A program made the position numbers and the translations under genes. The notes under the pieces were generated by a model that was not told the origin of the DNA, made no database searches, and saw nothing but the letters and a program-made list of their open reading frames with translations. From NCBI GenBank assembly GCA_038922895.1, contig JBCKWF010000003.1:1-37883 (forward strand): a DNA stretch of 37,883 nucleotides, given 5' to 3'. This stretch comes from Gammaproteobacteria bacterium (GTDB lineage: Bacteria > Pseudomonadota > Gammaproteobacteria > Eutrophobiales > Eutrophobiaceae). Below are positions 9,863 to 19,483 of the stretch, piece after piece (position 1 is the stretch's first letter; each line of letters starts with the position of its first letter).

Positions 9863-10525
9863 TTAACCAATACCCTCCATCATGGGTACAAAGCTGACTG
9901 AATCCAGTCGCTTCTCGGTCAGTCCGTTTTCTGTCCGCGTAATCAGCAGTAACGACTGCTCTCCGATCTTGCCTACCGGGATTACCAGCCGGCCATTCAA
10001 GGATAACTGTTCCGTTAACTGCCTGGGAACGCCTACAGGTGCCGCAGCAACCAGAATACCGTCATAGGGGGCGTGTTCCGGCCAACCCAGGTTACCATCA
10101 CCATTCCTGGCACGGATGTTCCTGCATTTCAATGTGTAGAACTTCTCCCTGGCCTTGCTTAACAAGGCATCAATCCGCTCTATGGTTGAAACCTGTCTGG
10201 CAAATTTCGACAGAATAACGGTCTGGTAGCCGCAGCCGGTGCCTATTTCCAGCACATTCTGCAACTCGTTATTGTTTTCAATCAGCGCTGCCGTCATGCG
10301 GGCGACAATATACGGTTGCGAAATCGTCTGGTTATACCCGATTGGCAACGCCGTATTATCATAGGCCCGGCTGGAAAGGGCTTCGTCCACGAATATGTGA
10401 CGGGGGGTGTTCCTGATAGCTTCAAGTATAATATCTGACTGTATCCCCATCGTACTCAACTGCTCAACCAGGCGGTTACGCGCCCGCTGTGAAGTCATGC
10501 CGATACCTTGATGCTCGCTGTTCAT
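9863..10525 (-). CDS. pcm: Protein-L-isoaspartate O-methyltransferase
   Basis: GIGMTSQRAR, QTISQPYIVARM, LEIGTGCGYQ. Confidence 0.97.
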   Translation of the reverse strand: MNSEHQGIGMTSQRARNRLVEQLSTMGIQSDIILEAIRNTPRHIFVDEALSSRAYDNTALPIGYNQTISQPYIVARMTAALIENNNELQNVLEIGTGCGYQTVILSKFARQVSTIERIDALLSKAREKFYTLKCRNIRARNGDGNLGWPEHAPYDGILVAAAPVGVPRQLTEQLSLNGRLVIPVGKIGEQSLLLITRTENGLTEKRLDSVSFVPMMEGIG

Positions 10526-11277
10526 TATATAGTGAGGGGGGTAATCCAGGCGGTGGCATCTTCCAGTATGTCATAGCGGGTCAAATCGAATAGTAACGGC
10601 GTCACTGAAATATTACCGTTTCTGATTGCGTGAAAATCAGTCCCGGGGCCCACATCATTACCGGGCCCGGCCGGCCCTATCCAGAACACTTCCCTTCCTT
10701 TTGGATCTTTCATTCTTACCGATGCTTCCGATTTGTGTCTTTTACCCAGGCGGGTCACTTCCCACTGCTTCAAATCATTGTAATCCAGATCAGGTATATT
10801 GATATTCAATAATAAATCGGCGGGCAGGGTCTGGGTCAGCATGCTTTTAATCAGGCGGGCGACCAGCACTGCTGCACCTTCATAATGTACCGGGTCCGTG
10901 CCCACCAGTGACACGGCGACAGCCGGCCTGCCGAGGAACCTGCCCTCCATCGCGGCGGCAACCGTGCCGGAATACAGAACATCATCACCCAGATTTGCAC
11001 CTGCATTGATACCGCTGATGACCATGTCCGGCTCACGATCGAGCAGTCCGGTGATTGCCAGGTGGACACAGTCAGTCGGCGTGCCATTCACATAACGGAA
11101 TCCGTTTGGTGCAGTCCTGACCGACAGCGGAGTATCCAGCGTCAATGAATTACTGGCTGCACTGCGATCACGGTCCGGTGCCACCACCGTAATCTCGCCC
11201 AGTGTGGAGATGGCCCTGGCCAGTGCTTCCAGACCCGGGGCCTGGTAGCCATCGTCATTGCTTAGGAGGAAATGCAT
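10525..11277 (-). CDS. surE: 5'/3'-nucleotidase SurE
   Basis: LSNDDG, GTPTDCV, SGINAGANLGDDVLYSGTVAAA. Confidence 0.97.
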   Translation of the reverse strand: MHFLLSNDDGYQAPGLEALARAISTLGEITVVAPDRDRSAASNSLTLDTPLSVRTAPNGFRYVNGTPTDCVHLAITGLLDREPDMVISGINAGANLGDDVLYSGTVAAAMEGRFLGRPAVAVSLVGTDPVHYEGAAVLVARLIKSMLTQTLPADLLLNINIPDLDYNDLKQWEVTRLGKRHKSEASVRMKDPKGREVFWIGPAGPGNDVGPGTDFHAIRNGNISVTPLLFDLTRYDILEDATAWITPLTI

Positions 11278-11282
11278 TTTAA

Positions 11283-11420
11283 GTCGCTGCTCGCTCGTTG
11301 CTGGTCGTTAGTGAAGAGGTAGATAATTGCTTGCGCCTTTTATATACATCCAGATATAGTTTGAATGTTATACCAGCGACCAGCGACTAGCAACGAGCGA
11401 CGAGTAACGAACAACTAGTG
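11283..11420. repeat. Inverted pair of degenerate heptamer arrays, locus A (surE/argF)
   Basis: Left arm GTCGCTGCTCGCTCGTTGCTGGTCGTTAGT (11283-11312). Right arm of seven 7-mers ACCAGCG ACCAGCG ACTAGCA ACGAGCG ACGAGTA ACGAACA ACTAGTG (11372-11420). Confidence 0.85.
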
Positions 11421-12335
11421 GCCCGTTCCAAGCAACAATTCCAGCAACGCCTTTTGTGAGTGCAACCGGTTTCCTGCTTCTTCCCATACGACACTTTGCG
11501 GACCTTCCAGTACCTCGGCCGTGACCTCATCGCCTCGATGGGCGGGCAGGCAATGCATGAACAATGCATCTTTCGCTGCGAGCGACATCAATGCCTGGTT
11601 CACCTGGTATGGACTGAATATCTTTGCCCTTGCCTCGATCTCCTGTTCCTGCCCCATACTTGCCCAGACATCAGTCACTACCAGGTCGGCGTTTCTGGCC
11701 GCCGCTTGCGGGTCTGTTGTGATCTCGACATGCCCGTTCGACCCCTGCACTACATTCATATCAGGCCGATGACTGTCCGGGCAGGCTATTACCAGCGAAA
11801 AATTGAATATGCGGGCGGCATGGATGTAGCTGTGACACATATTATTGCCATCACCAAGCCATGCCACTTTTTTGCCCTGGATGTCACCCCTGAATTCGAA
11901 CCAGGTCTGCATATCAGCAAGTACCTGGCAGGGGTGGAATGAATCAGACAGACCGTTTATCACCGGGACCTCGGAATACTTTGCAAAGCGGACCAGTTTC
12001 TCATGTTCAAAGGTCCGTATTATAACGCAATCAACCATCTTGGAGAGGACCCGGGCAGTATCTTCAAGTGGTTCACCCCTGCCCAGTTGACTGGCATCAG
12101 ATGACAAAAAAATTGCATGTCCACCGAGTTGCACGATCGCTGTTTCAAATGAGACCCGCGTCCGGGTCGAGGATTTTTCAAAGATCATTGCCATAACCCG
12201 GCCCGGCAGGGTTGGCTTGAGGATACCCTGCCTTACTTCCTGCTTGGTCTGCTGCGCGCGTCTGATCAGTCCGAGCAATTCTTCCCGATCCAGATCCAGC
12301 ATAGTCAGAAAATGTTTCGCCGCCACAGCAGTCAA
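11415..12335 (-). CDS. argF: Ornithine carbamoyltransferase
   Basis: FEKSSTRTR, HPCQ, TDVWASMG, FMHCLP. Confidence 0.97.
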   Translation of the reverse strand: MTAVAAKHFLTMLDLDREELLGLIRRAQQTKQEVRQGILKPTLPGRVMAMIFEKSSTRTRVSFETAIVQLGGHAIFLSSDASQLGRGEPLEDTARVLSKMVDCVIIRTFEHEKLVRFAKYSEVPVINGLSDSFHPCQVLADMQTWFEFRGDIQGKKVAWLGDGNNMCHSYIHAARIFNFSLVIACPDSHRPDMNVVQGSNGHVEITTDPQAAARNADLVVTDVWASMGQEQEIEARAKIFSPYQVNQALMSLAAKDALFMHCLPAHRGDEVTAEVLEGPQSVVWEEAGNRLHSQKALLELLLGTGH

Positions 12336-13507
12336 CTCCCGATGAATTCCCGGATCAAGGCGGTCACTGTCGCAACAATCTGGTCCGCTTCGTCGTCACT
12401 GATGATCAGCGGTGGTAACAGTCTGACGACCTTGTCTGCGGTAACATTAATCAGGATGTTATGCCGAAGACCGGCAAGGACCAGGTCTGAACAATTCTGT
12501 TCGAGCTCAATACCAATCATCAGGCCAAGACCCCGGACCTGTATTATACCTTTCTGGTTTGCCAGATTTTTCCTGAACCCATCCAGCATCCGCTTACCCA
12601 GTTCCGCGGCCCGCAGGTCCATCCGGTTTTGTTTCAGAAAGTTCAGTACCGCCAGCGCCGCACTCGCTGCCAGCGGATTCCCGCCAAATGTGGTGCCATG
12701 ACTGCCCGGCGTCATCGGCGCGGCCGCACGCTCAGTCGCAAGACAGGCACCGATAGGCACACCGTTACCAAGTGACTTTGATAAGGTCATTACATCCGGC
12801 AGGACGCCCTCATGCTGGAACGCAAACCACATGCCAGTCCTGCACATTCCAGTCTGCACTTCGTCCAGCACCAGCAGCAATCCCCTTGCAGCGCAGAGCT
12901 GTGCCACCTTTTTCAGATAACCCGGATCCGGTATCACAATCCCGCCTTCACCCTGCACTGGCTCAAGCATGACAGCAACCACATCTGCGTGACTGTTACA
13001 GGCCTGCTCCAACGCGTCAATGTCGTTATAGGGAATGTGCAGAAACCCCTCGACCAGTGGTCCAAACCCGATCTTAATCTTCTGGTTACCAGTCGCCGTC
13101 AGCGTGGCCAGGGTACGGCCGTGAAAGCTGCCCTCCATCACGATGATACGCGGTGAGGAGTTGCCGTTCGCGTGCCCGTAACGCCTGCATATCTTGATGG
13201 CAGCCTCATTTGCTTCGGCCCCGGAGTTACAAAAGAACACCTTATCCAGGCCAGACACATCGCACAGCTGTCTTGCGAGTTCGTCTTGCAGCGGGACCTG
13301 ATACAGATTGGATGTATGGACCAGTTTTCCGGCCTGCCGGACCAGTGCCTGTGCGACTGCTGGATGGGCATGACCCAGTCCGCACACGGCAATACCCGCC
13401 AACGCGTCGAGATATCTGTTCCCGTTCGTGTCCGTCAGCCATGCCCCGGCCCCGGATTCAAACGCCACTGGCAATCGCTTGTATGTGTCCATTACTGCAT
13501 TACTCAT
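12332..13507 (-). CDS. argD: Acetylornithine aminotransferase
   Basis: Class III PLP motifs FCNSGAEANE, FHGRT, DEVQTG, SKSLGNG, HGTTFGGNP. Overlaps the argF start. Confidence 0.93.
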   Translation of the reverse strand: MSNAVMDTYKRLPVAFESGAGAWLTDTNGNRYLDALAGIAVCGLGHAHPAVAQALVRQAGKLVHTSNLYQVPLQDELARQLCDVSGLDKVFFCNSGAEANEAAIKICRRYGHANGNSSPRIIVMEGSFHGRTLATLTATGNQKIKIGFGPLVEGFLHIPYNDIDALEQACNSHADVVAVMLEPVQGEGGIVIPDPGYLKKVAQLCAARGLLLVLDEVQTGMCRTGMWFAFQHEGVLPDVMTLSKSLGNGVPIGACLATERAAAPMTPGSHGTTFGGNPLAASAALAVLNFLKQNRMDLRAAELGKRMLDGFRKNLANQKGIIQVRGLGLMIGIELEQNCSDLVLAGLRHNILINVTADKVVRLLPPLIISDDEADQIVATVTALIREFIGS

Positions 13508-13536
13508 GTTAATGAAACGCCCTGATATATATTAAG

Positions 13537-13637
13537 AAGGTCCTGAATAAGTCCGTCCAGGACTTATCAGGGCACACGTAATCTACGTGTGATTTTTATT
13601 GTGCAACCGGGACCTCTGACTTAATCAGGGGCCCTGG
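13537..13637. mobile_element. About 100-bp MITE-like/palindromic element with terminal inverted repeats
   Basis: CCTGAATAAGTC (13542-13553) is inverted with GACTTAATCAGG (13618-13629). Three internal hairpins and no ORF. Confidence 0.5.
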
Positions 13638-13645
13638 TACATGCC

Positions 13646-13676
13646 AAAAAAAGAAGCCCGGCATACGGCCGGGCTT
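13646..13676 (-). terminator. Rho-independent terminator of the PuuD-like gene
   Basis: Stem AAGCCCGGC/GCCGGGCTT (13654-13676) followed by a U-tract on the minus strand. Confidence 0.85.
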
Positions 13677-13701
13677 GATCCTGGTCTGTCTATTAATGTA
13701 G

Positions 13702-14286
13702 TTATAAAGGCAAGCCACCGTGCCCCTGACCTACCATACACATCAGCATCGGTATGGAAAGAAATACATTGGTCCTGGAGGCCATCAGTGCAACAAACTT
13801 CGATTTGGCAATCTCCTCCGGGGTCGCCTTGACGATACCGAGGATTTTTTTCTGGTTAGGCCAGATCAATACCCAGACATTGAATAACATGATCGTCCCC
13901 AACCATGCCCCGATACCTATTATCTGGAATCCAGGTTTCAATAAAAACGCATTCATCAAGCCCCAGCCAGCTACTTCAAGTGCCGCAGCCCCTGTCAGCC
14001 AGGTCAGCACGGCCGCCCAGCGAAACCATAACAAGGCCCTCGGCGCGACATATTTATTGATCCCGGCAGCTCCCGGCCCGCCAGCATCTGCCGCAGCCGA
14101 TGCAACTGCCGGCGTCTGTACAAAATTGAAATAATAGAGCAAGCCTATCCAGATAATGCCTGTAAATACATGTAACCACACGACCAGTGACATGACATTG
14201 CCTGGACCACTGACGGCCAGGGCGATGGCAACTGCGACCACAAATCCAAGTATTATGGTGCCGGGTATCGATTTTAACGGGTTCAT
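13702..14286 (-). CDS. Membrane protein of the PuuD/Urate_ox_N (DUF989) family, without the cytochrome c domain
   Basis: WLHV..GIIWIGLLYYFNFVQ, ALLWFRWAA, GAWLGTIMLFNVWVLIWPNQKK, SRTN motifs. No CXXCH. Confidence 0.75.
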   Translation of the reverse strand: MNPLKSIPGTIILGFVVAVAIALAVSGPGNVMSLVVWLHVFTGIIWIGLLYYFNFVQTPAVASAAADAGGPGAAGINKYVAPRALLWFRWAAVLTWLTGAAALEVAGWGLMNAFLLKPGFQIIGIGAWLGTIMLFNVWVLIWPNQKKILGIVKATPEEIAKSKFVALMASRTNVFLSIPMLMCMVGQGHGGLPL

Positions 14287-14500
14287 AATTTACATTTCCT
14301 CTGGTTATAGAGTGAATATTCCATGATCTTACTGATAAATCATGGGTCGTATTATACTGATGTCTGCGCGAGCTTTCACCTGTCGCCGGCGATTCCACTA
14401 CCGGAATTGCGCGCAACCAGTAGTGGCTGACAGAGTCTACAACAGCCGTCCCCTCCGGATAAAGGTATCTTTAAATATACTGTAAAAAAACGCTATACTA

Positions 14501-14525
14501 ATACCCTAGTTATTTACTAAGTTAT
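14501..14525 (+). promoter_or_regulatory. Putative IscR/Rrf2-type operator upstream of grxD
   Basis: ATACCCTAGTTATTTACTAAGTTAT is a 25-bp imperfect palindrome resembling IscR type-1 sites, about 26 bp before an Fe-S-related gene. Confidence 0.45.
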
Positions 14526-14551
14526 TCTTACATGGACCCAGAGGTAATCCC

Positions 14552-14869
14552 GTGAACACAGTTGACCAGATAAACCAGACCCTCAAAGATAATCCCATCG
14601 TCATCTTCATGAAAGGCAGTCCGGAGATGCCGCAGTGCGGATTTTCCATGCAGGCATCCCAGGCATTAAAGGCCTGTGCTGCAAATTTTGCCCATGTCGA
14701 CGTGCTTGCGAACCTGGAGGTCCGTCAGGCCCTGCCCCAGATCTCTCACTGGCCGACCTTCCCGCAGATATTTATCAATGGCGAATTGATTGGCGGGTGC
14801 GACATTGTGATGGACCTGCATCAAAAAGGTGAGTTGCAGAAACTGGTCAGTGCAGCATCAAAAACGTAA
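14552..14869 (+). CDS. grxD: Monothiol glutaredoxin Grx4
   Basis: FMKGSPEMPQCGFS, WPTFPQIFINGELIGGCDI. GAGG SD before the GTG start. Confidence 0.96.
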   Translation: MNTVDQINQTLKDNPIVIFMKGSPEMPQCGFSMQASQALKACAANFAHVDVLANLEVRQALPQISHWPTFPQIFINGELIGGCDIVMDLHQKGELQKLVSAASKT

Positions 14870-14903
14870 TAAGTAGGGGCACGGCATGCCGTGCCCCTAC
14901 TTA
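14870..14903. repeat. GTAG-family REP-like perfect 34-bp palindrome
   Basis: TAAGTAGGGGCACGGCA|TGCCGTGCCCCTACTTA between convergent grxD and dnaQ. It contains the dnaQ stop codon. Confidence 0.8.
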
Positions 14904-15604
14904 AGCCACACACACTTCCCGCCAGTTTCCTTATCAATGGCTGCGAGCCGCTGTTGATGTGCCCGCAATTCGTCGGGTGACGGTAGTATCAACCTGAGTA
15001 CTCCCCTGTCCCGGGCCAGCAATTTATGTTTGACCACGCCATCCTGACTGGTTTGTTCGTCTTCAAGTGACAGGAGCCCCTGTCCACCGGTCATTGCAAG
15101 GTAAACATCCAGTAATATCTGCGCGTCCAGCAATGCCCCGTGCAGGTCCCTTTGCGCATTGTCTATCTGGTAACGGCTGCAAAGTGCATCCAGACTGTTT
15201 TTCTGCCCCGGATGCAGTTCCCTTGCCATCACCAGTGTATCGGTAATGCTGCAATAGTCTTCCAGACGCCCCCATTCCTTACCGAGTAATTTCAGCTCGG
15301 CATTGATAAATGCCACATCGAACGGGGCATTATGGATGATTACTTCACTGTCACGAATGAACTCAATCAGATCCTGGGCAATGTCACTGAAGTTCGGCTT
15401 GTCTTTGAGAAATTCATTACTGATGCCATGCACTTCAAATGCACCATCCTCGATTGGCCGGTCCGGGTTTACATACTGGTGAAACTCACGCTCAGATTTA
15501 CGCCGGTTCCTGATTTCGACACAGCCGATTTCAATAATCCGGTGTCCATCCGCAAGTTCAAGACCGGTTGTTTCTGTATCGAGAATGATTTGTCTGCGCG
15601 TCAC
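14897..15604 (-). CDS. dnaQ: DNA polymerase III epsilon subunit
   Basis: ExoI LDTETTG, ExoII IHNAPFD, ExoIII HGALLDA, YLAMTGGQ. Confidence 0.97.
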   Translation of the reverse strand: MTRRQIILDTETTGLELADGHRIIEIGCVEIRNRRKSEREFHQYVNPDRPIEDGAFEVHGISNEFLKDKPNFSDIAQDLIEFIRDSEVIIHNAPFDVAFINAELKLLGKEWGRLEDYCSITDTLVMARELHPGQKNSLDALCSRYQIDNAQRDLHGALLDAQILLDVYLAMTGGQGLLSLEDEQTSQDGVVKHKLLARDRGVLRLILPSPDELRAHQQRLAAIDKETGGKCVWLK

Positions 15605-15608
15605 ACGG

Positions 15609-16055
15609 CTACTCCTTGTTCAACATTCTACCTATGGCCAGGTTCGCCAGTGCATCCGCCCGATCATTTTCCCTGTGCCCACTGTGGCCCTTGACCCAGT
15701 GCCATTCAATATCATGTTGCAGGGAGACTTGATCCAGTTGCTGCCATAAATCGATATTTTTGACCGGTTTTCGACCTGCCGTCTTCCAGTTTTTCTTTTT
15801 CCAGCTATGCATCCACTCAGTAATTCCGCTTTTCACATAGACGGAGTCTGTGGTTAACCTGACCTTGCAGGATCTGGTCAGTGATTCCAGTGCCTTGATG
15901 GCTGCGGTCAGCTCCATCCGGTTATTGGTGGTGTCCGCCTGTGCACCGTACAGTTCCTTTTCCGTGTCATTGTATCTCAACACGGCACCCCAACCACCCG
16001 GTCCGGGATTGCCCCGGCAGGCACCATCGGTAAAAATCTCGACTATGGCTGCCAT
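15609..16055 (-). CDS. rnhA: Ribonuclease HI
   Basis: [36 protein letters not shown]. Confidence 0.98.
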   Translation of the reverse strand: MAAIVEIFTDGACRGNPGPGGWGAVLRYNDTEKELYGAQADTTNNRMELTAAIKALESLTRSCKVRLTTDSVYVKSGITEWMHSWKKKNWKTAGRKPVKNIDLWQQLDQVSLQHDIEWHWVKGHSGHRENDRADALANLAIGRMLNKE

Positions 16056-16834
16056 TCTGTATCTGTCCGGTTACGTGCGGTGGGTTCGACAATTCCGGAT
16101 TCAATCATGCGACGGCGTTTATGCCAGGTCAGTTTGACCGAGGTCAGCAGAACTACCCGCTTTTTGACCACAATGATATAAACTCCGCCAAATACTGACC
16201 AGCAATGATTACCCAGTTTTTCCAGAAAGGACAATCTGTTCATCAGCTTCATGTTCATCAACGGCGGACGGTAAAAAAACCGCTCAATCCGGACAAGCTC
16301 AAAGTCCAGCAGCGAGAACCAGTCCTTGATCCTGGCATAACTGAAAAAATGACCGTTCCATGGCGGTTCATCCCGCCAGGCCAGCAATAATCGCCAGATT
16401 CCACACAGGCTCCATGGATTAAATCCGGTAATGACCAGATGCCCTTCCCCAATCAGTATCCGTTCGATTTCACGTAACAACTTGTGCGGGTTTGGAGAGT
16501 ACTCCAGAACATGTGGTAACACGACTACATCCATTGTATCCGCTGCTATCGGCAAAAGGTCGGATGCACACACCATGTCTGCACCTGACTGCACCTCCCC
16601 CTCCTCTTCCAGTTGTACCAGTATGCGATGTCCGATACGCGTACTCTCCAGGATACTGTCACCGAATACTGTACCAATCTGCATGAAATGATAACCGAAA
16701 AGGTCGGGCAATATCCCGTCGAGAATATGTCGTTCGCGTTCGCGTATATAATTACCGAGCGGGCGACCAAACCAGATTTTCAGCTTGCTACTGAGGGACA
16801 AGGCACCGGAATTTAAATTTGCATCGTTTGACAT
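16043..16834 (-). CDS. Class I SAM-dependent methyltransferase (YafS-like)
   Basis: [22 protein letters not shown] motifs in the conserved rnhA-yafS/gloB position. ATG at 16834 preferred; GTG at 16840 is possible. Confidence 0.85.
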   Translation of the reverse strand: MSNDANLNSGALSLSSKLKIWFGRPLGNYIRERERHILDGILPDLFGYHFMQIGTVFGDSILESTRIGHRILVQLEEEGEVQSGADMVCASDLLPIAADTMDVVVLPHVLEYSPNPHKLLREIERILIGEGHLVITGFNPWSLCGIWRLLLAWRDEPPWNGHFFSYARIKDWFSLLDFELVRIERFFYRPPLMNMKLMNRLSFLEKLGNHCWSVFGGVYIIVVKKRVVLLTSVKLTWHKRRRMIESGIVEPTARNRTDTEWQP

Positions 16835-16888
16835 GCTCACTATGATAATCTGGTCTCTGTTATTGTCATATCGTATCCGAGCACAATT

Positions 16889-17659
16889 ATGCTAGAAATA
16901 AAACCGGTACCTGCATTCCGCGATAATTACATCTGGTTAATTGAAAATACCCGCAACCATACTGTTGCGATCGTTGATCCGGGCGATACAAGCCCGGTCA
17001 TTGATGCAATCAATAAACTGAAGCTCACACCGATCGCAATCCTGGTCACACATCACCACCATGATCATACTGGTGGTATCACCGGGCTGCTGCAATACTA
17101 CCAGATTCCTGTGTATGGACCGGCCAGAGAATCGATACCCGGAATGACCAATCCACTACGCGATGGTGACATTATCACCCTGGCCGATCTGGATTTGAAA
17201 TTTAAAATCCTTGATATACCTGGCCACACCTCAGGTCATATCGCCTACTTTGGTGACGATATGCTGTTCATCGGCGATACACTTTTCATGGCCGGTTGCG
17301 GGCGATTGTTCGAAGGCACTGCAGCGCAGTTGTATCATTCTCTCGACAGAGTTGCAAAACTACCGAACACGACCCTCATATACTGCATGCATGAATATAC
17401 ATTGGCCAATCTAAGGTTTGCCCAGGCCGTAGAGCCGCACAATAGCGACATTGCTGCACGGATTGAAAGCTGCAACAAGTTACGGGAAAACAATCTTCCT
17501 ACCGTGCCTGGCAGCCTAGCATGTGAAAAAATAACCAATCCATTTCTACGCACAAATGTCGCTGAAGTAATTGCAGCAGCAGAAAAATTTGCCGGACACA
17601 AACTTGATCATGCAGTCGATGTGTTCGCATCTATACGCAAATGGAAAGATCAGTTCTGA
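16889..17659 (+). CDS. gloB: Hydroxyacylglutathione hydrolase (glyoxalase II)
   Basis: THHHHDHTGG, PGHTSGH, GDTLFMAGCGRLFEG, HEYT, NPFLR. Confidence 0.96.
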   Translation: MLEIKPVPAFRDNYIWLIENTRNHTVAIVDPGDTSPVIDAINKLKLTPIAILVTHHHHDHTGGITGLLQYYQIPVYGPARESIPGMTNPLRDGDIITLADLDLKFKILDIPGHTSGHIAYFGDDMLFIGDTLFMAGCGRLFEGTAAQLYHSLDRVAKLPNTTLIYCMHEYTLANLRFAQAVEPHNSDIAARIESCNKLRENNLPTVPGSLACEKITNPFLRTNVAEVIAAAEKFAGHKLDHAVDVFASIRKWKDQF

Positions 17660-17713
17660 ATATTGACCTTATAATAGTAATCGTATCTCGCTGTACCGGA
17701 TGTAAAAAAAAAC

Positions 17714-17748
17714 TTGACCATACAGGATCTGATCCCTAGGATTGCGCG
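17714..17748 (+). promoter_or_regulatory. Sigma70 promoter predicting a leaderless mltD mRNA
   Basis: TTGACC (17714-17719), 17-bp spacer, TAGGAT (17737-17742), then TGCGCG and ATG at 17749. No SD. Confidence 0.6.
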
Positions 17749-19395
17749 ATGCGAGAAAAGCTACTGTTGCCAATTACTCTTTTACTGATGCTGACGGCGT
17801 GTTCAACTACCCCATCGATTCAGTCATCCCGTACTGGCGAAACCATACCGACTGCCGACACAGATCCCTCCTCCAGTAACACCTCCGTGTCTATTATTGA
17901 TGAATCGTTTAGACAGCGCCCCAATACCAAAACCGAAGAATTTATCACCGAGCCGAGTGCTGGTGATGTCTGGATCCGCATTCGGGACAAGCTGTCACTA
18001 CAAAGACATGTCGACAACAAGGTCGTCAAGGAAAAAATTGCATGGTATGCACGTAACCAGGAATTTCTGAACCGTGTCGCAGAACGTGCGACCCCCTATA
18101 TTTATTATATTGTTGAAGAAATCGAAAAACGTGACATGCCGCTTGAGCTGGCACTGTTACCTATCGTTGAAAGTGCCTATCACCCGTTTGCCTACTCCAG
18201 GAGCCATGCCTCCGGGATCTGGCAGTTTATTCCCGGTACCGGCAAGATGTTCGGACTGAAACAGAACTGGTGGTATGACGGCCGCCGCGATATTGTCGCT
18301 GCCACCCGCGCAGCGCTGGACTATATGCAAAAACTGCAAAACCAGTTTGGCGACTGGGAACTGGCCATCGCCGCTTATAATACCGGCGAGCGTAACATTG
18401 AACGTGCCATGAAAAAAAATGCCCAGTCAAAAAAGAAAACCGACTTTTTTTCACTTGGTCTGCATAAAGAGACCCGCGGCTATGTACCCAGTCTGCTGGC
18501 TGTAGCCGAGATCGTGGCGGATCCGCAAAAATACGGTATCAGCCTTGCCCCTATTGCAAATAAACCCTACTTTACCCAGGTACAGACAGGGGGCCAGCTG
18601 GATCTGTCGACTGTTGCATCATTGACAGATCTGACGATGGACCAAATCTACACATTGAATCCCGGTTTCAGCCGCTGGGCCACTGACCCGGATGGTCCGC
18701 ATTACCTGCTACTACCACTGGGAAAGGAACAATTGTTTGTCGAGGGCCTCAGTACGATTCCAGCGGATCAGCGTGTCAGCTGGAACCAGCACGTAATAAA
18801 GCAGGGTGAAACACTGGGACAAATCGCCGAACGCTATAAAACCAGTGTTGCGATGCTGAAGGAAACCAACAAGCTGAAAGGCAATCTGATCAGGGCTGGT
18901 CAGACCCTGATGATTCCGGGTTCAAAAAACTCGGACCAGGCCTACTCGGCCGGCAGGGACAACCCACATGTTGTCGGGCTGGCCCGCGTGAGTAACGGTG
19001 AGAAACAGGTTTATACAGTCCGTTCCGGCGACAATCTCTGGACAATCGGCAGACGCCTTGGCGTCAGCGTAAATGACCTGTACAGCTGGAATGGTCTTAC
19101 TGCACATAGCACCCTGCATATCGGACAGAAATTGAACGTGGGGACGGGCACTAAATCATCCGAACAGCCCAGGATCGCATCTGAAAACCCGGCCGGCAAG
19201 AATTACTCCAAAAACGAAGAAGGTCATATCAGTTATACTGTGAAAAAAGGTGATACGCTCTGGTTGATATCCCAAACCTTCGGGGTAACCGTTGCGCAAT
19301 TGCAGAAATGGAACAAACTTTCAAACAGTAACCCATTACAACCAGGACAGACCCTGTTACTACTGGATGCCCCGGCGCTGGCTACAGGCGCATAA
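17749..19395 (+). CDS. mltD: Membrane-bound lytic murein transglycosylase D (SLT domain plus LysM repeats)
   Basis: Lipobox LTAC, LLPIVESA, GIWQF, YDGRRD, AAYNTG, three clear C-terminal LysM repeats. Follows gloB. Confidence 0.93.
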   Translation: MREKLLLPITLLLMLTACSTTPSIQSSRTGETIPTADTDPSSSNTSVSIIDESFRQRPNTKTEEFITEPSAGDVWIRIRDKLSLQRHVDNKVVKEKIAWYARNQEFLNRVAERATPYIYYIVEEIEKRDMPLELALLPIVESAYHPFAYSRSHASGIWQFIPGTGKMFGLKQNWWYDGRRDIVAATRAALDYMQKLQNQFGDWELAIAAYNTGERNIERAMKKNAQSKKKTDFFSLGLHKETRGYVPSLLAVAEIVADPQKYGISLAPIANKPYFTQVQTGGQLDLSTVASLTDLTMDQIYTLNPGFSRWATDPDGPHYLLLPLGKEQLFVEGLSTIPADQRVSWNQHVIKQGETLGQIAERYKTSVAMLKETNKLKGNLIRAGQTLMIPGSKNSDQAYSAGRDNPHVVGLARVSNGEKQVYTVRSGDNLWTIGRRLGVSVNDLYSWNGLTAHSTLHIGQKLNVGTGTKSSEQPRIASENPAGKNYSKNEEGHISYTVKKGDTLWLISQTFGVTVAQLQKWNKLSNSNPLQPGQTLLLLDAPALATGA

Positions 19396-19483
19396 CTGCA
19401 TTGACCTGCCAAACCCGGCAGGATGCCTTCATCAACCGCTGGTATTAGCAGTTACAGCGGAATATTCGTAGAATATACCTTCT

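Noticed and set aside
14360-14460. Riboswitch (purine/xanthine or yybP-ykoY) upstream of the PuuD-like gene
   Set aside because: Hairpins are present, but I recognised no aptamer consensus, and the best -10 box lies downstream of them.
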